Source of the DNA: Candidatus Multivorans sp.
GTDB lineage: Bacteria > Acidobacteriota > Thermoanaerobaculia > Multivoradales > Multivoraceae
NCBI GenBank assembly: GCA_965247095.1
Contig: OZ251997.1
Coordinates: 4,512,001-4,576,000 of the forward strand
Length of the DNA stretch: 64,000 bases
Direction of reading: 5' to 3'
Position numbers and translations under genes: made by a program. Positions 23,938 to 32,800 of this stretch are shown here, in pieces. How positions within the stretch are numbered: the first letter of the stretch is position 1; every line of letters begins with the position of its first letter. The notes under the pieces are model-generated. The model ran no database searches and was not told the DNA's origin. It was given only the letters and a program-made list of their open reading frames with translations.

Positions 23938-25139
23938 TGGCCCCGGGGTCGCGGTCACGGCCGGCCGGAGCGGCGCTGCCGAGTGGCCGCGGCCTGTTCC
24001 TCGCGTTCTTCCTGGGCGGCGGGTTGGCGATTCTGCTGATGAAGTGGCTGAGCGACAGTCCGATCTTCGCCGTCGTGCTGCCGATCCTGCTGATGGGCAG
24101 CTACGCCCTGCTGCTGGTTGAGTGGCCCGACCTGCGTCCGCGGTACGACTTCGCGGGCGACAACTTCTACTACCTCGGCTTCCTCTACACGCTGATGTCC
24201 CTGGCCATCTCGCTCTACCAGTTCAATACCGAGGGGGCGACGAGCGCGATCATCACCAACTTCGGTCTCGCTCTCACCAGTACGATCCTTGGGCTCGCAG
24301 GGCGCATCCTCCTGAATCAGCCGCAGGATGAGGGGGCAAGCGACGAGGAAACGCGTTCCCGCGAAGACCTGGCACGCGCGAACCGCCGTCTGCGAGCGGA
24401 GATGGAGTACTCGATCGACGAGTTCCAGCAGTTCCGGACCGAAGCGAAACGGGTGTTCGAGCAGCTCGACCAGGGCGTGAGCGCGGCGAGCGCGGCGCTC
24501 GGGCGGCAGATCGAACAGCTTCAAGGCGGCGCCGCGAGGTTCGGGGCGCTCAGGGAGCGGGTCGCGGAGGTCGATACGGCTGCCGCGGCTGCGGTCGGCG
24601 ACATCCAGGCTCAGCGCGCGCTGTTCGTTTCCGAGGCGCGGGGCGTGAGCGACTCGCTACGGCAGATGCTGGAGAACTTCCGCTCGGTCGACTTCCGTCG
24701 TGAGTTCATCGAGGAACTGATCGAGCCCACTTCGCAGCAGTTCCAGGGTCTGGCGAGGGAGTTCCTTTCCGTTGCGGAGGGCTTGCGGCGGCTGGAGGCG
24801 GGTCAGCTACGGGTCATGGAGCAGAACCAGAGCGCGGTGGCGCGGCTGGCGGAAATCCTCGAAGAGAACCGCCGCTTCTCCCAGGCGAACGCGCGGGCGG
24901 CGAACGGCTTCCGGAACGCGACGGACGCGCTCGTCTCGCTCAGAGCACACATTGATCGGTACAGCGAGGGGACTCGCGCGGTCGTCAACGAGCTTTCCGC
25001 GGCGCGGCGCCAGTTGCACGACGCACCGGAGCGGATGGAGGCGATGAACAGATCGCTGCTGCGAATGGCCGGGAGACTCGATGCCGTCGCCGAGGACGCC
25101 GAGCGCCGGCCCCCGGCGCAGAGCTGGAGCCCCTGGTGA
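23937..25139 (+). CDS. MotA/TolQ/ExbB/ZorA-like membrane protein with long helical C-terminal tail (operon gene C)
   Basis: YLGFLYTL and FGLALTSTILGL resemble the last two TM helices of ExbB/MotA, followed by a long heptad-rich tail. TGATG overlap with gene B. Confidence 0.7.
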   Translation: MAPGSRSRPAGAALPSGRGLFLAFFLGGGLAILLMKWLSDSPIFAVVLPILLMGSYALLLVEWPDLRPRYDFAGDNFYYLGFLYTLMSLAISLYQFNTEGATSAIITNFGLALTSTILGLAGRILLNQPQDEGASDEETRSREDLARANRRLRAEMEYSIDEFQQFRTEAKRVFEQLDQGVSAASAALGRQIEQLQGGAARFGALRERVAEVDTAAAAAVGDIQAQRALFVSEARGVSDSLRQMLENFRSVDFRREFIEELIEPTSQQFQGLAREFLSVAEGLRRLEAGQLRVMEQNQSAVARLAEILEENRRFSQANARAANGFRNATDALVSLRAHIDRYSEGTRAVVNELSAARRQLHDAPERMEAMNRSLLRMAGRLDAVAEDAERRPPAQSWSPW

Positions 25140-25165
25140 CGGCGGGCTTTGCGGGCGGGTCTGCC

Positions 25166-25195
25166 CTGGGAACGCGGGCGTCTCGCCCGCATCTG
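25166..25195 (+). repeat. REP-like palindrome (intergenic)
   Basis: CTGGGAACGCGGGCGTCTCGCCCGCATC. Confidence 0.75.
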
Positions 25196-25232
25196 CATCA
25201 GGCCCTTCTGAGCTTCGGGCGGCAGTTCGGCG

Positions 25233-26303
25233 ATGCCGCGGCCTGAGGTGTCGGACCGCGGGCGGACGTTTCCGCGTGGCCTGGTCCTGGGTCTGACGAT
25301 GGCCGAGATCGTGATCCTGATCATCTTCGTGCTGCTGCTCGCCCTGGCCGCGCTGCTGGCGCGAGAGACGGACCAGCGGCGCAGCGCCGAGCAGGAACTG
25401 GTGCGCTTCGAGCAGATGGAGACCCTGTTCGAGGAGGAGAGGCTGCCCGAGGATCCGGCCGTGCTGCGTGCCGTGCTGCGAGAGCGAGTCGACGAACACG
25501 AGGACGCGGACAGTTGGCGCGAACTCCTGCGCGAGATCGAGACGGCGTTTCCGGAGCCGTCGGTGCAGCAGGTGGTGGAACGCATCCAGGAATCGACGAT
25601 CGGCCGCATGTCGCCGGCCGAGGCCGAGGAACTGCTGGCAGCTCACCAGGCGGTAGAGACGGCGGATGCCCACGCCGAACTCGCACGGGCGCTGCGGGAA
25701 GCGGAAGTCTCAGCGACCCCGGGCGAACTGCGCGAGATGTCCGAGGCGATGAACGCGGCCGCACGGAGGGGCATGTCGCCGTCCGAAGTCCGGCAGGCGA
25801 TCGAGAGCCGGGACGCGATGGAGGCGGCCGGCACTGATCCTGCTGCGCTCGCCGAACAGCTCGGTCGAGCCCGGGAGCGGATCGAGAGGTTGGAGGCCCA
25901 GGCGAGGGCGCGGGGCGGCGGCGGTACGGACCATCCGAGCTGCTGGTACGACCGCGACGGCACGGTCGCCTACCTGTTCGATGTCGCGCTGGCGCCCGGC
26001 GGTTTCGTCGTGGCCATGGCCCGTGCTCCCGAGCACGAGGCCGAGCGCAAGCTGCTTCCGGTCGGGGCGGTCCAGACCAGCCGGCTGCTCACCGAAGCCC
26101 AGTTTCTGCGCCAGACCCGCCCTGTCTACGAGTGGAGCGTCGAGCGCCGGTGCCGGTTCTTCGTCAGGGCATTCGATCTTGTCGCCGCCGACCAGAAGGA
26201 ACTCTACAAACGGCGGATGCTGGTGCTCGAATCGCGCTTCTACAAGAACGCGAACCCGACCGGCGGCCTGCCTGCGGGCTTGCGGCGCGGCGGGAGTCGC
26301 TAG
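25233..26303 (+). CDS. MotB/ZorB-like single-TM protein with coiled coil and Cys-containing C-terminal domain, no OmpA domain (operon gene D)
   Basis: GLVLGLTMAEIVILIIFVLLL TM with an intramembrane Glu, helical stalk, DHPSCW...CRFFV. Confidence 0.65.
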   Translation: MPRPEVSDRGRTFPRGLVLGLTMAEIVILIIFVLLLALAALLARETDQRRSAEQELVRFEQMETLFEEERLPEDPAVLRAVLRERVDEHEDADSWRELLREIETAFPEPSVQQVVERIQESTIGRMSPAEAEELLAAHQAVETADAHAELARALREAEVSATPGELREMSEAMNAAARRGMSPSEVRQAIESRDAMEAAGTDPAALAEQLGRARERIERLEAQARARGGGGTDHPSCWYDRDGTVAYLFDVALAPGGFVVAMARAPEHEAERKLLPVGAVQTSRLLTEAQFLRQTRPVYEWSVERRCRFFVRAFDLVAADQKELYKRRMLVLESRFYKNANPTGGLPAGLRRGGSR

Positions 26304-26388
26304 GGCTAAGGGAGCGCGGCAGAACGATCCGCCCTTGGGAACGCGGGAGCGTCGACATCCGCGCCCGGGCCGTCGATCCGTAGTCTAC

Positions 26389-27354
26389 TCAGCCGGCGTG
26401 CCGCCGGGCCCGGCGCACGAAGTCGTCGGCGTCGCGGCATTCCCAGGCCAGGCGGATGATCGCGGCCGCGTCCGGGGCCTGGTCGACTTCTTCGAGCCAC
26501 GTCCGCAGAGCCGGCGTGATCGCCAGAGCGCGCGCGGCGAACGCGTCGCGTACCGCGCTCCGCACGATGTCCAGGCGCTCCTCGGCGCGGCTCTCAGCTC
26601 GTTCCCGGTGCAGCAGGGGGTCGTCGTCGGGACCCGTTCCGTCGACCGCCGCGAGTGCGTCGGCTACAAGCCGCAGCACGTCGACGGTCGTCGCCGACAC
26701 CGCGGGCTCGTTGAGTGCCCGGTGGATCTCCTCGGCCGTCCAGCCGGGGAATGCCCGGCTCGACGTCGCCCCGACGTACCGGCCGCCCTCCAGTAGGTGA
26801 ATCGTCACGCCGGACCGGCGGGACTTGGGGCGGTAGCTCCAACTGGCGTCCGGCACTTCGATCCAGACCTCCGGGAAGCCCCAGGACTCGTAGATGCCGA
26901 GCTTGCGCCGCCTCGCGTCGGTGCTGTAGTCGACTTCCAGGACGACATCCGGCAGGTGGTCCGCGCTCCGCTCGATCTCCTTGCCGTGGGGCCGCGTCGC
27001 GGCCGGATGCAGGTAGACGACCTGGTCAGCGTTCAGGAGGCGCTGCCGCGTGCCGTCCGCGTCCCGCACCGCGAGGTCCGATGCGCCGATCACGTCGATC
27101 GGCGAACCGCGCCTCATCGCGATCCTCTCGATCAGGCGTGCGAGGCGCTGAGCTCCGTACTCGTGGTAGGTGGTCGTCGGTTCCGCGATGAACGCGGCCT
27201 CGTTGCGCGCGTCCCAGTACTCGATGCGGCCGTCGTAGTCCTCGATCGCATCGCGTGGGATCCGCACCTTGCGGCAGCCTGGGAAGTCGTCAGCCCGGGG
27301 CGGCGGTCCGTCGTCCGGAATCTGTTCGGCTGGCATGGAAACCGGTTCAGCCAT
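26389..27354 (-). CDS. Uma2-like PD-(D/E)xK nuclease with helical C-terminal tail (paralog 2)
   Basis: Same motifs as 9662-10642 (PDVVLEVDYSTD, KLGIYESWGFPEVW, GTGPDDD). Confidence 0.8.
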   Translation of the reverse strand: MAEPVSMPAEQIPDDGPPPRADDFPGCRKVRIPRDAIEDYDGRIEYWDARNEAAFIAEPTTTYHEYGAQRLARLIERIAMRRGSPIDVIGASDLAVRDADGTRQRLLNADQVVYLHPAATRPHGKEIERSADHLPDVVLEVDYSTDARRRKLGIYESWGFPEVWIEVPDASWSYRPKSRRSGVTIHLLEGGRYVGATSSRAFPGWTAEEIHRALNEPAVSATTVDVLRLVADALAAVDGTGPDDDPLLHRERAESRAEERLDIVRSAVRDAFAARALAITPALRTWLEEVDQAPDAAAIIRLAWECRDADDFVRRARRHAG

Positions 27355-27411
27355 GTACCGAGTCTATGCGGGGAACAGCAACGATGGCGGGACCCGGTCG
27401 CGGCGCGGCGC

Positions 27412-28266
27412 TCAAGCTGAAGGAGGGTACTCCGCGAAACACGGAATGCTCTCGTCGAGAGCGCTCCACGGGGCCTTCGAACGGACAAAGATGTTCACGG
27501 CCGCCCGGATGCCCGGATCGGCGTCCAGCGACCCGGCTGGCGCCTGGACCTGCCCGGGCTCCCTGAGCCGGGGAACCAGGCTGCCGCAGTGACGGCAGAA
27601 CGCGGTGCCCTTCACGCGCGCCTCGGGCAGCTTGAAGTCGACCACGGAGTCCCGGCCGCTCAGCCAGCGGAAGGCGTCTTCCTTGACGAAGACGAACGTG
27701 CCGTAGGCGGCGCCCGTCTGCCGGCGGCAGCGGGAGCAGTGGCAGTTGACCATCCGCTCCGGCGGCCCGTCGAACTCGTAGGTCACCTCACCGCAGAGAC
27801 AACTCCCTGGGGTGGCGCCCGGCGTGGCGCTCTGGCGCGCCGGCTTTGCGATGCCGGGCGGAGCGTTCCATTCGGGCGGATACTCGTCGTGCTGGGGGAG
27901 GTCGTCGACGATCGTGTGCCAGGGCGCCCTGGCGCCGGCGAAGATATGGAGTGTCGGCCGGATGCCCGGGTCCTCAGCGACGCCGCCCATGGTCACCAGC
28001 GACACGGGCCCGCCTTCGGGATTCGCCGGGACCGCTGAACCGCAGCGCGGGCAGAAGTGGCGGAAGCCGTGCGGCGAGGACTGGTAGTGAACGATCTTCG
28101 TCTCGCCGTGCGTCCATCGGAAGAACTTCGGATCGACGGCGCCGAAGGTGGCGTACGCCGAGCCGTGGATCTTTCTGCACACCGAACAGTGGCAGTGGGC
28201 GATCTCGATCAGATCGCCGTCGACCTCGAATGCGATGTCTCCGCAGAGACAGGTGCCGGTGAGCAT
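27412..28266 (-). CDS. GFA/CENP-V family protein with two tandem GFA domains
   Basis: Two copies of GxCLCG..CHCSxCR..FCxxCGS. Confidence 0.9.
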   Translation of the reverse strand: MLTGTCLCGDIAFEVDGDLIEIAHCHCSVCRKIHGSAYATFGAVDPKFFRWTHGETKIVHYQSSPHGFRHFCPRCGSAVPANPEGGPVSLVTMGGVAEDPGIRPTLHIFAGARAPWHTIVDDLPQHDEYPPEWNAPPGIAKPARQSATPGATPGSCLCGEVTYEFDGPPERMVNCHCSRCRRQTGAAYGTFVFVKEDAFRWLSGRDSVVDFKLPEARVKGTAFCRHCGSLVPRLREPGQVQAPAGSLDADPGIRAAVNIFVRSKAPWSALDESIPCFAEYPPSA

Positions 28267-28310
28267 GACTCAACTGTCCGTGCCGGACGGTCGGCTTCGG
28301 GCGGGCAAGT

Positions 28311-28445
28311 TGTAGTAGTGCGTGTCTGCCTCGTCGCGAGAGCCGGGATGGGAGCCTGCGAGCGTACCCCATTCACCATGTGGTGACCCGACTCCGCTAC
28401 CAAGGCAGTGGCGCACCTTCCCCGGGCAGACACAAGGGCTGCCCG
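28311..28445. repeat. Inverted pair of degenerate REP-like palindromes (second REP type)
   Basis: GTGTCTGCC near 28322 is the reverse complement of GGCAGACAC near 28424; the latter is part of hairpin GGGCAG-acacaaggg-CTGCCC. Confidence 0.4.
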
Positions 28446-28532
28446 CAAGGGGCACATGGAAGCTGCGCCGTCCCAAAAATACCACGTTGGCGGCTGCTTG
28501 TGAGTTGCCCCAAAAGGGTTGGCCAGTTCTCG

Positions 28533-29198
28533 CTACCGTTTCGAGCGCAACAGCGCGGCGCAGACGCCGCACAGTTCGTAGCTCTGGAGAGCCTCGTCCC
28601 GCGGCATCGGGATCCTGCTGTTGCTCAGGAAACGGCAGCCGTCCAGATGGTATTTCGTGCCGGTCTTCGTGACGTAGACGGTTTTGGGAAGGCCCGCTGG
28701 TGCATCCCGCGAACTGCCGGCGCTCCCGCCGACGGCGGTCCCCCACAGGCCCCGGCGGCTCGTTCTCGCTTCCCGCTCGAGTTGGCGGAACCGCTCCAGG
28801 TGGCGGAAGGGAAAGCGGGTGTAGGCGTGGCCGTAGCCGCGGCGGATGATCTCCGCGTTCGCGAACGTGCCGTCGGTGAGATAGACGTAGGCCAGGGTGC
28901 GGCCATAGCGGTCCTGGCGCTCCTGGTCGTACTCGAGACGGACGCGCTTGCCCTCGAGCATTCTCTTCGTGAAGGCGCTGGCCTCCTTGCCGAAGAACTC
29001 GACCGGCCTGTTGGGGTGGACGGTCTCCGGCGTGTCGACGCCGATCAGGCGCACGCTGCCGATGCCCTGCACGATGATCGTGTCGCCGTCGACCACCCGC
29101 TCGACGACCTGGCCGACGGCCGGTGCGGCCACCAGAGCCGCAAGCAGGAGCCCGATCCGGCAGCGGGCGGAGAACGGCGTGGGGATAGGGGTGCGCAC
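28533..29198 (-). CDS. Thermonuclease (SNase) family protein with C-terminal His/Cys metal-binding tail
   Basis: VVDGDT, VRLIGVDTPE, DRYGRTLAYVY, GLW; tail YH..C...CGVC. Confidence 0.92.
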   Translation of the reverse strand: MRTPIPTPFSARCRIGLLLAALVAAPAVGQVVERVVDGDTIIVQGIGSVRLIGVDTPETVHPNRPVEFFGKEASAFTKRMLEGKRVRLEYDQERQDRYGRTLAYVYLTDGTFANAEIIRRGYGHAYTRFPFRHLERFRQLEREARTSRRGLWGTAVGGSAGSSRDAPAGLPKTVYVTKTGTKYHLDGCRFLSNSRIPMPRDEALQSYELCGVCAALLRSKR

Positions 29199-29339
29199 GT
29201 TGCACGAGCGCGGCGGCAGACCGCATGGCGGACCCCGCCGGCCGGGCCGAAGTCGAACGAATTGAGGGGGTTGCGGGGTTCATTCTCTTCCTTGCTCGGC
29301 GCCTTGTCCAGCGGATGCGCTTGCCGGCTGCCTGTCGGC

Positions 29340-29369
29340 TTGACACCCTAACGAGCGACGCGCTAGTGG
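29340..29369 (+). promoter_or_regulatory. Candidate sigma70 promoter of the ABC operon
   Basis: TTGACA-18 bp-TAGTGG about 40 bp upstream of ATG 29410; the -10 box is weak. Confidence 0.35.
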
Positions 29370-29409
29370 GGCGTCCCGAAGGACCTCTTCGGACTGGTAG
29401 GTTCCCTCC

Positions 29410-30996
29410 ATGCGATCTGGTGCGGCAGTGGCAGCGTTCAACGCTGCGGTCTGCCTGCTGCCGCTGCCGCTCGCAGCCGAGGATGGTGGCGGCGCCGACG
29501 ATACTCACGTCGTGGTCGCCTTCGCGGCGGAGCCGACGCAGATCGACCCCACCCGCACGTCGGCGGGCGTCGACCAGTACTTCATGGCCCTGTTCTACGA
29601 GCAGCTACTGGCCACGAATCCGGACCTCAAGCAGCAGAACTGGCTGGCCGAGTCGTGGCGGTTGTTCGAGCGCGACGGCGTCTGGCTCATCGGCGTCGAG
29701 TTGCGGCGCGGCGTCCGATTCCACAACGGGGAGGAACTGACGGCGCACGACCTCCGGTACTGCTACCTCCGCCAGCGCGATCCGAGTGTGTCGCGCCAGG
29801 CCGGGCGCTGGCGGCACGTCGCCGATGTCCGGGTGCTGGGCGACTACGAGCTGGAGATCGTTTTCAAGGGCCTGCCCGACTCGGCGCTGCTGCCCCTGAA
29901 CCTCGACCTGTGGGCGATTCCGCGCCGCTACTACGAGGAGGTCGGCGACGAAGGGGTGCAGGCGCATCCGATCGGCACCGGGCCGTGGAAGTTCGTGTCG
30001 CGCAGGCTGCGCGAGGAGATCGTGGTAGAGCGGTTCGACGACTACTGGAAGCCCGATTCGCTGCCGAGCATCCGCCGCCTGACGATCAAGATCATCCCCG
30101 AGGACACGACCAGGGTCGCCGCCTTCAAGACCGGCGCGGTCGACTGGATCGACGCGGTGCCTCCAGCCCAGGTCGAAGACTTCGAACGCATGCCCGGGGT
30201 GGAGGTGGCGTCGCTTCCGACCGCGAACAACCTTTTTCTGGCACTGAACGCCCTCGATCGGAGGAGCCCGTTGGCCGATGTCCGGGTGCGCCGGGCGGTG
30301 GCGCACGCCATCGACTTCGACGCGATCATCAAGTACATCCTCCACGGACAGGGCATCCGGACCGTGCAGTTGACGCCGGGAGCGCCGGGACACGACCCCG
30401 CGCTCAAGCCCTACGCCTTCGATCCGGAACGCTCACGTGAGTTGTTGCGTCAGGCCGGCTACGGCCGCGGCATCAACGTGAATTGCTACAACCTGACCAC
30501 GCCGCGCGAGCCGTATCTGAAGGAAGTCGGCGAGGCGATGTTCGCCTACCTGACAGCGGCCGGCATTCGCTGCCGGATCGTCCAGCTCGAGTACGGCGCC
30601 TGGATCAACCTCGGCCGCCGCGACGCCCGGCCCGAGATGGACGGCATCGCGAGCTGGATGTGGGGCCACGGCACGTTGGGCGATCCGACGGACCCGTGGT
30701 CCGGGCACCTGCATTCGTACGGCGATGGTTGGGGCTGGTACTCGTACCACGACGATCCCGAGTTGGACGAGATGGTCGAGACCCTGCGCGTCACCGTCGA
30801 ACCGGAGGCGAAGCAGGCTCTGATTCGGGAGATTGCGCGGCTCAAGCACGAGCGGGTCGCCGGTGGCGTGCCGACCTACCGGCCGCTCGTGACCCTGGCC
30901 TGGCGCGACACGCTTCGCTTCAGGCCCTGGCCGCAGGCGAATTGGCGGATGATGCGGGACATCGGCTTGGCGAGGGCCGAAGCGCCGGTCCGTTGA
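29410..30996 (+). CDS. ABC transporter substrate-binding protein, family 5 (Dpp/Opp/Nik)
   Basis: LAESW, LRRGVRFHNG, PIGTGPWK, DVRVRRAVAHAID. Confidence 0.92.
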   Translation: MRSGAAVAAFNAAVCLLPLPLAAEDGGGADDTHVVVAFAAEPTQIDPTRTSAGVDQYFMALFYEQLLATNPDLKQQNWLAESWRLFERDGVWLIGVELRRGVRFHNGEELTAHDLRYCYLRQRDPSVSRQAGRWRHVADVRVLGDYELEIVFKGLPDSALLPLNLDLWAIPRRYYEEVGDEGVQAHPIGTGPWKFVSRRLREEIVVERFDDYWKPDSLPSIRRLTIKIIPEDTTRVAAFKTGAVDWIDAVPPAQVEDFERMPGVEVASLPTANNLFLALNALDRRSPLADVRVRRAVAHAIDFDAIIKYILHGQGIRTVQLTPGAPGHDPALKPYAFDPERSRELLRQAGYGRGINVNCYNLTTPREPYLKEVGEAMFAYLTAAGIRCRIVQLEYGAWINLGRRDARPEMDGIASWMWGHGTLGDPTDPWSGHLHSYGDGWGWYSYHDDPELDEMVETLRVTVEPEAKQALIREIARLKHERVAGGVPTYRPLVTLAWRDTLRFRPWPQANWRMMRDIGLARAEAPVR

Positions 30997-31009
30997 CCGC
31001 GGCGGAGCG

Positions 31010-31927
31010 ATGCGCGCCTACCTGATCCGCCGGCTCTGGCAGGGCGCGGTGGCCGTGCTCGGCGCCTTGGTGATCGTCTTCGTGGCGCAGCGGCTGGCCG
31101 GCGATCCGGTGGCCCTGCTGCTGCCGATGGAGGCCTCCGAGGAGGACTTCGCGGCGATGCGCGAGGCGCTGGGGCTCGACCGTCCGCTGCCGGTCCAGTT
31201 CCTCGTCTTCCTGCGGGACGCGTTCACCGGCGACTTCGGCGAGTCGTACCAGTGGCAGGCGCCGGCGATGCCGCTGCTGCTCGAGCGCCTGCCGGCCACC
31301 CTCGAACTGGCCTTCGCGGGGCTGGTCTTCGCGCTTCTCCTGGCCGTGCCCCTGGGGGTGTTGTCGGCGGTTTACCGCGGCCGCTGGGTGGACCGGCTCG
31401 CGAAGGTGCTGGCGCTTCTCGGTCAGGCGATGCCGGGCTTCTGGGTCGGCCTGCTGCTGATTCTGTACGTGGCGGTGCGGCTCCAGTGGCTGCCGGCCTT
31501 CGGCCGTGGCGGGCCGCTTCACCTCGTGTTGCCGGCGATCGCCCTCGGCTGGTACCCGGTCGCGGCGATGACCCGCACCCTGCGTTCGTCGATGCTGGAC
31601 ATCCTCGACAGCGACTACATCCGCACGGGACGGGTGATGGGGCTGCCCGAGCGCACCGTGATCTGGCGCTACGCGCTCCGCAACGCGGCCGTGCCCCTGG
31701 CGACGATGATCGGCGTCTACTTCGCCAACATGCTGGGCGGCGCCTTTGTGATCGAGGTCGTGTTCGCCTGGCCGGGCGTCGGCCGCACCGTGGTCGACGC
31801 CGTGTTCGCCCGCGACTTCCCGGTCGTGCAGGCCGGGGTCCTGCTCTCGGCGGTCATCTTCGTCGTCGTGAACCTCCTGGTCGACCTGAGCTACGGGCTG
31901 ATCGACCCGAGGATCCGCCATGGCTGA
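31010..31927 (+). CDS. ABC transporter permease (DppB-like)
   Basis: LGLDRPLPVQF, EAA loop DYIRTGRVMGL, DLSYGLIDPRIR. Confidence 0.92.
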   Translation: MRAYLIRRLWQGAVAVLGALVIVFVAQRLAGDPVALLLPMEASEEDFAAMREALGLDRPLPVQFLVFLRDAFTGDFGESYQWQAPAMPLLLERLPATLELAFAGLVFALLLAVPLGVLSAVYRGRWVDRLAKVLALLGQAMPGFWVGLLLILYVAVRLQWLPAFGRGGPLHLVLPAIALGWYPVAAMTRTLRSSMLDILDSDYIRTGRVMGLPERTVIWRYALRNAAVPLATMIGVYFANMLGGAFVIEVVFAWPGVGRTVVDAVFARDFPVVQAGVLLSAVIFVVVNLLVDLSYGLIDPRIRHG

Positions 31928-31957
31928 CCGGCTTGGCGAAGCGATACGGGTGCTTCT

Positions 31958-32800
31958 GTGAAGAAGTTCGTCGACAACCGGCGGATTCCCGTTGTCTCGT
32001 GCGTCGTGCTCGGACTGGTCCTTCTCTGCGCCGTCGCTGGTCCCTGGCTGGCGCCTCACGAGGCCTCCGAGATCGCGCTCGCCGAGTCGATGGCGCCGCC
32101 GTTCTGGCGCTCCGGCGGCAGCCTCACCTATCCCCTGGGAACGGACATGCTGGGGCGCGACATCCTGAGCCGGATCATCGCCGGCGCCCGCGTCTCGGTG
32201 ACGGTCGCCGCCTACGCGATTGCGCTCTCGGGCGGCCTGGGCGCGGCGCTGGGCATCTCCGCCGGCTACTTCGGCGGCGTCGCCGACGCTCTGATCTCCC
32301 GGCTGATCGACATCCAGATGTCGATTCCGGCCATCCCGCTGGCGATGCTGTTCGCCGCCGTCCTGCCGCCGGGGGAGGGTATGGTGATCACGATCATCGT
32401 GCTGACCTACTGGACCTGGTACGCGCGCATCGTGCGCGGCGAGGTGCTCAGCCTGCGCGAGCGGGACTTCATCACCGTGGCCAAGGTGGCGGGCGTCTCA
32501 AGTCCCATGATCCTGATCCGGCACCTGACCCCGAACGTCCTGAACACGCTGCTCGTGCTGGCGACGCTGCAATTCGGCAGCGTGATCGTCTTCGAGGCGG
32601 GCCTGAGCTTCCTGGGGCTAGGCATCCAGCCGCCGCAGGTGTCGTGGGGAGGGATGTTGGCCGACGGTCGCAACTTCATCGAGGTCGCCTGGTGGCTGAT
32701 CACGATGCCGGGCCTTGCGATCATGGCGTCCTGTCTGGCGTCGAACCTCCTGGGCGACTGGCTGCGGGACACGCTCGACCCGAAGCGGCGGCTGGCATAG
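31958..32800 (+). CDS. ABC transporter permease (DppC-like)
   Basis: LGTDMLGRD, LSFLGLG..SWG.MLADG, NLLGDWLRD.LDP. Confidence 0.92.
   Translation: MKKFVDNRRIPVVSCVVLGLVLLCAVAGPWLAPHEASEIALAESMAPPFWRSGGSLTYPLGTDMLGRDILSRIIAGARVSVTVAAYAIALSGGLGAALGISAGYFGGVADALISRLIDIQMSIPAIPLAMLFAAVLPPGEGMVITIIVLTYWTWYARIVRGEVLSLRERDFITVAKVAGVSSPMILIRHLTPNVLNTLLVLATLQFGSVIVFEAGLSFLGLGIQPPQVSWGGMLADGRNFIEVAWWLITMPGLAIMASCLASNLLGDWLRDTLDPKRRLA

Noticed and set aside
23937-26303. Canonical flagellar motAB, exbBD/tolQR or Zorya type I/II call
   Set aside because: Gene D lacks an OmpA or ExbD-type domain, and there are no zorC/D/E, tonB/tolA or flagellar neighbours, so only a 'like' assignment is supported.
26305-26380. 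Additional copy of the composite hairpin element
   Set aside because: Only the TGGGAAC start and ATCCGCGCC fragments match; too degenerate to call.
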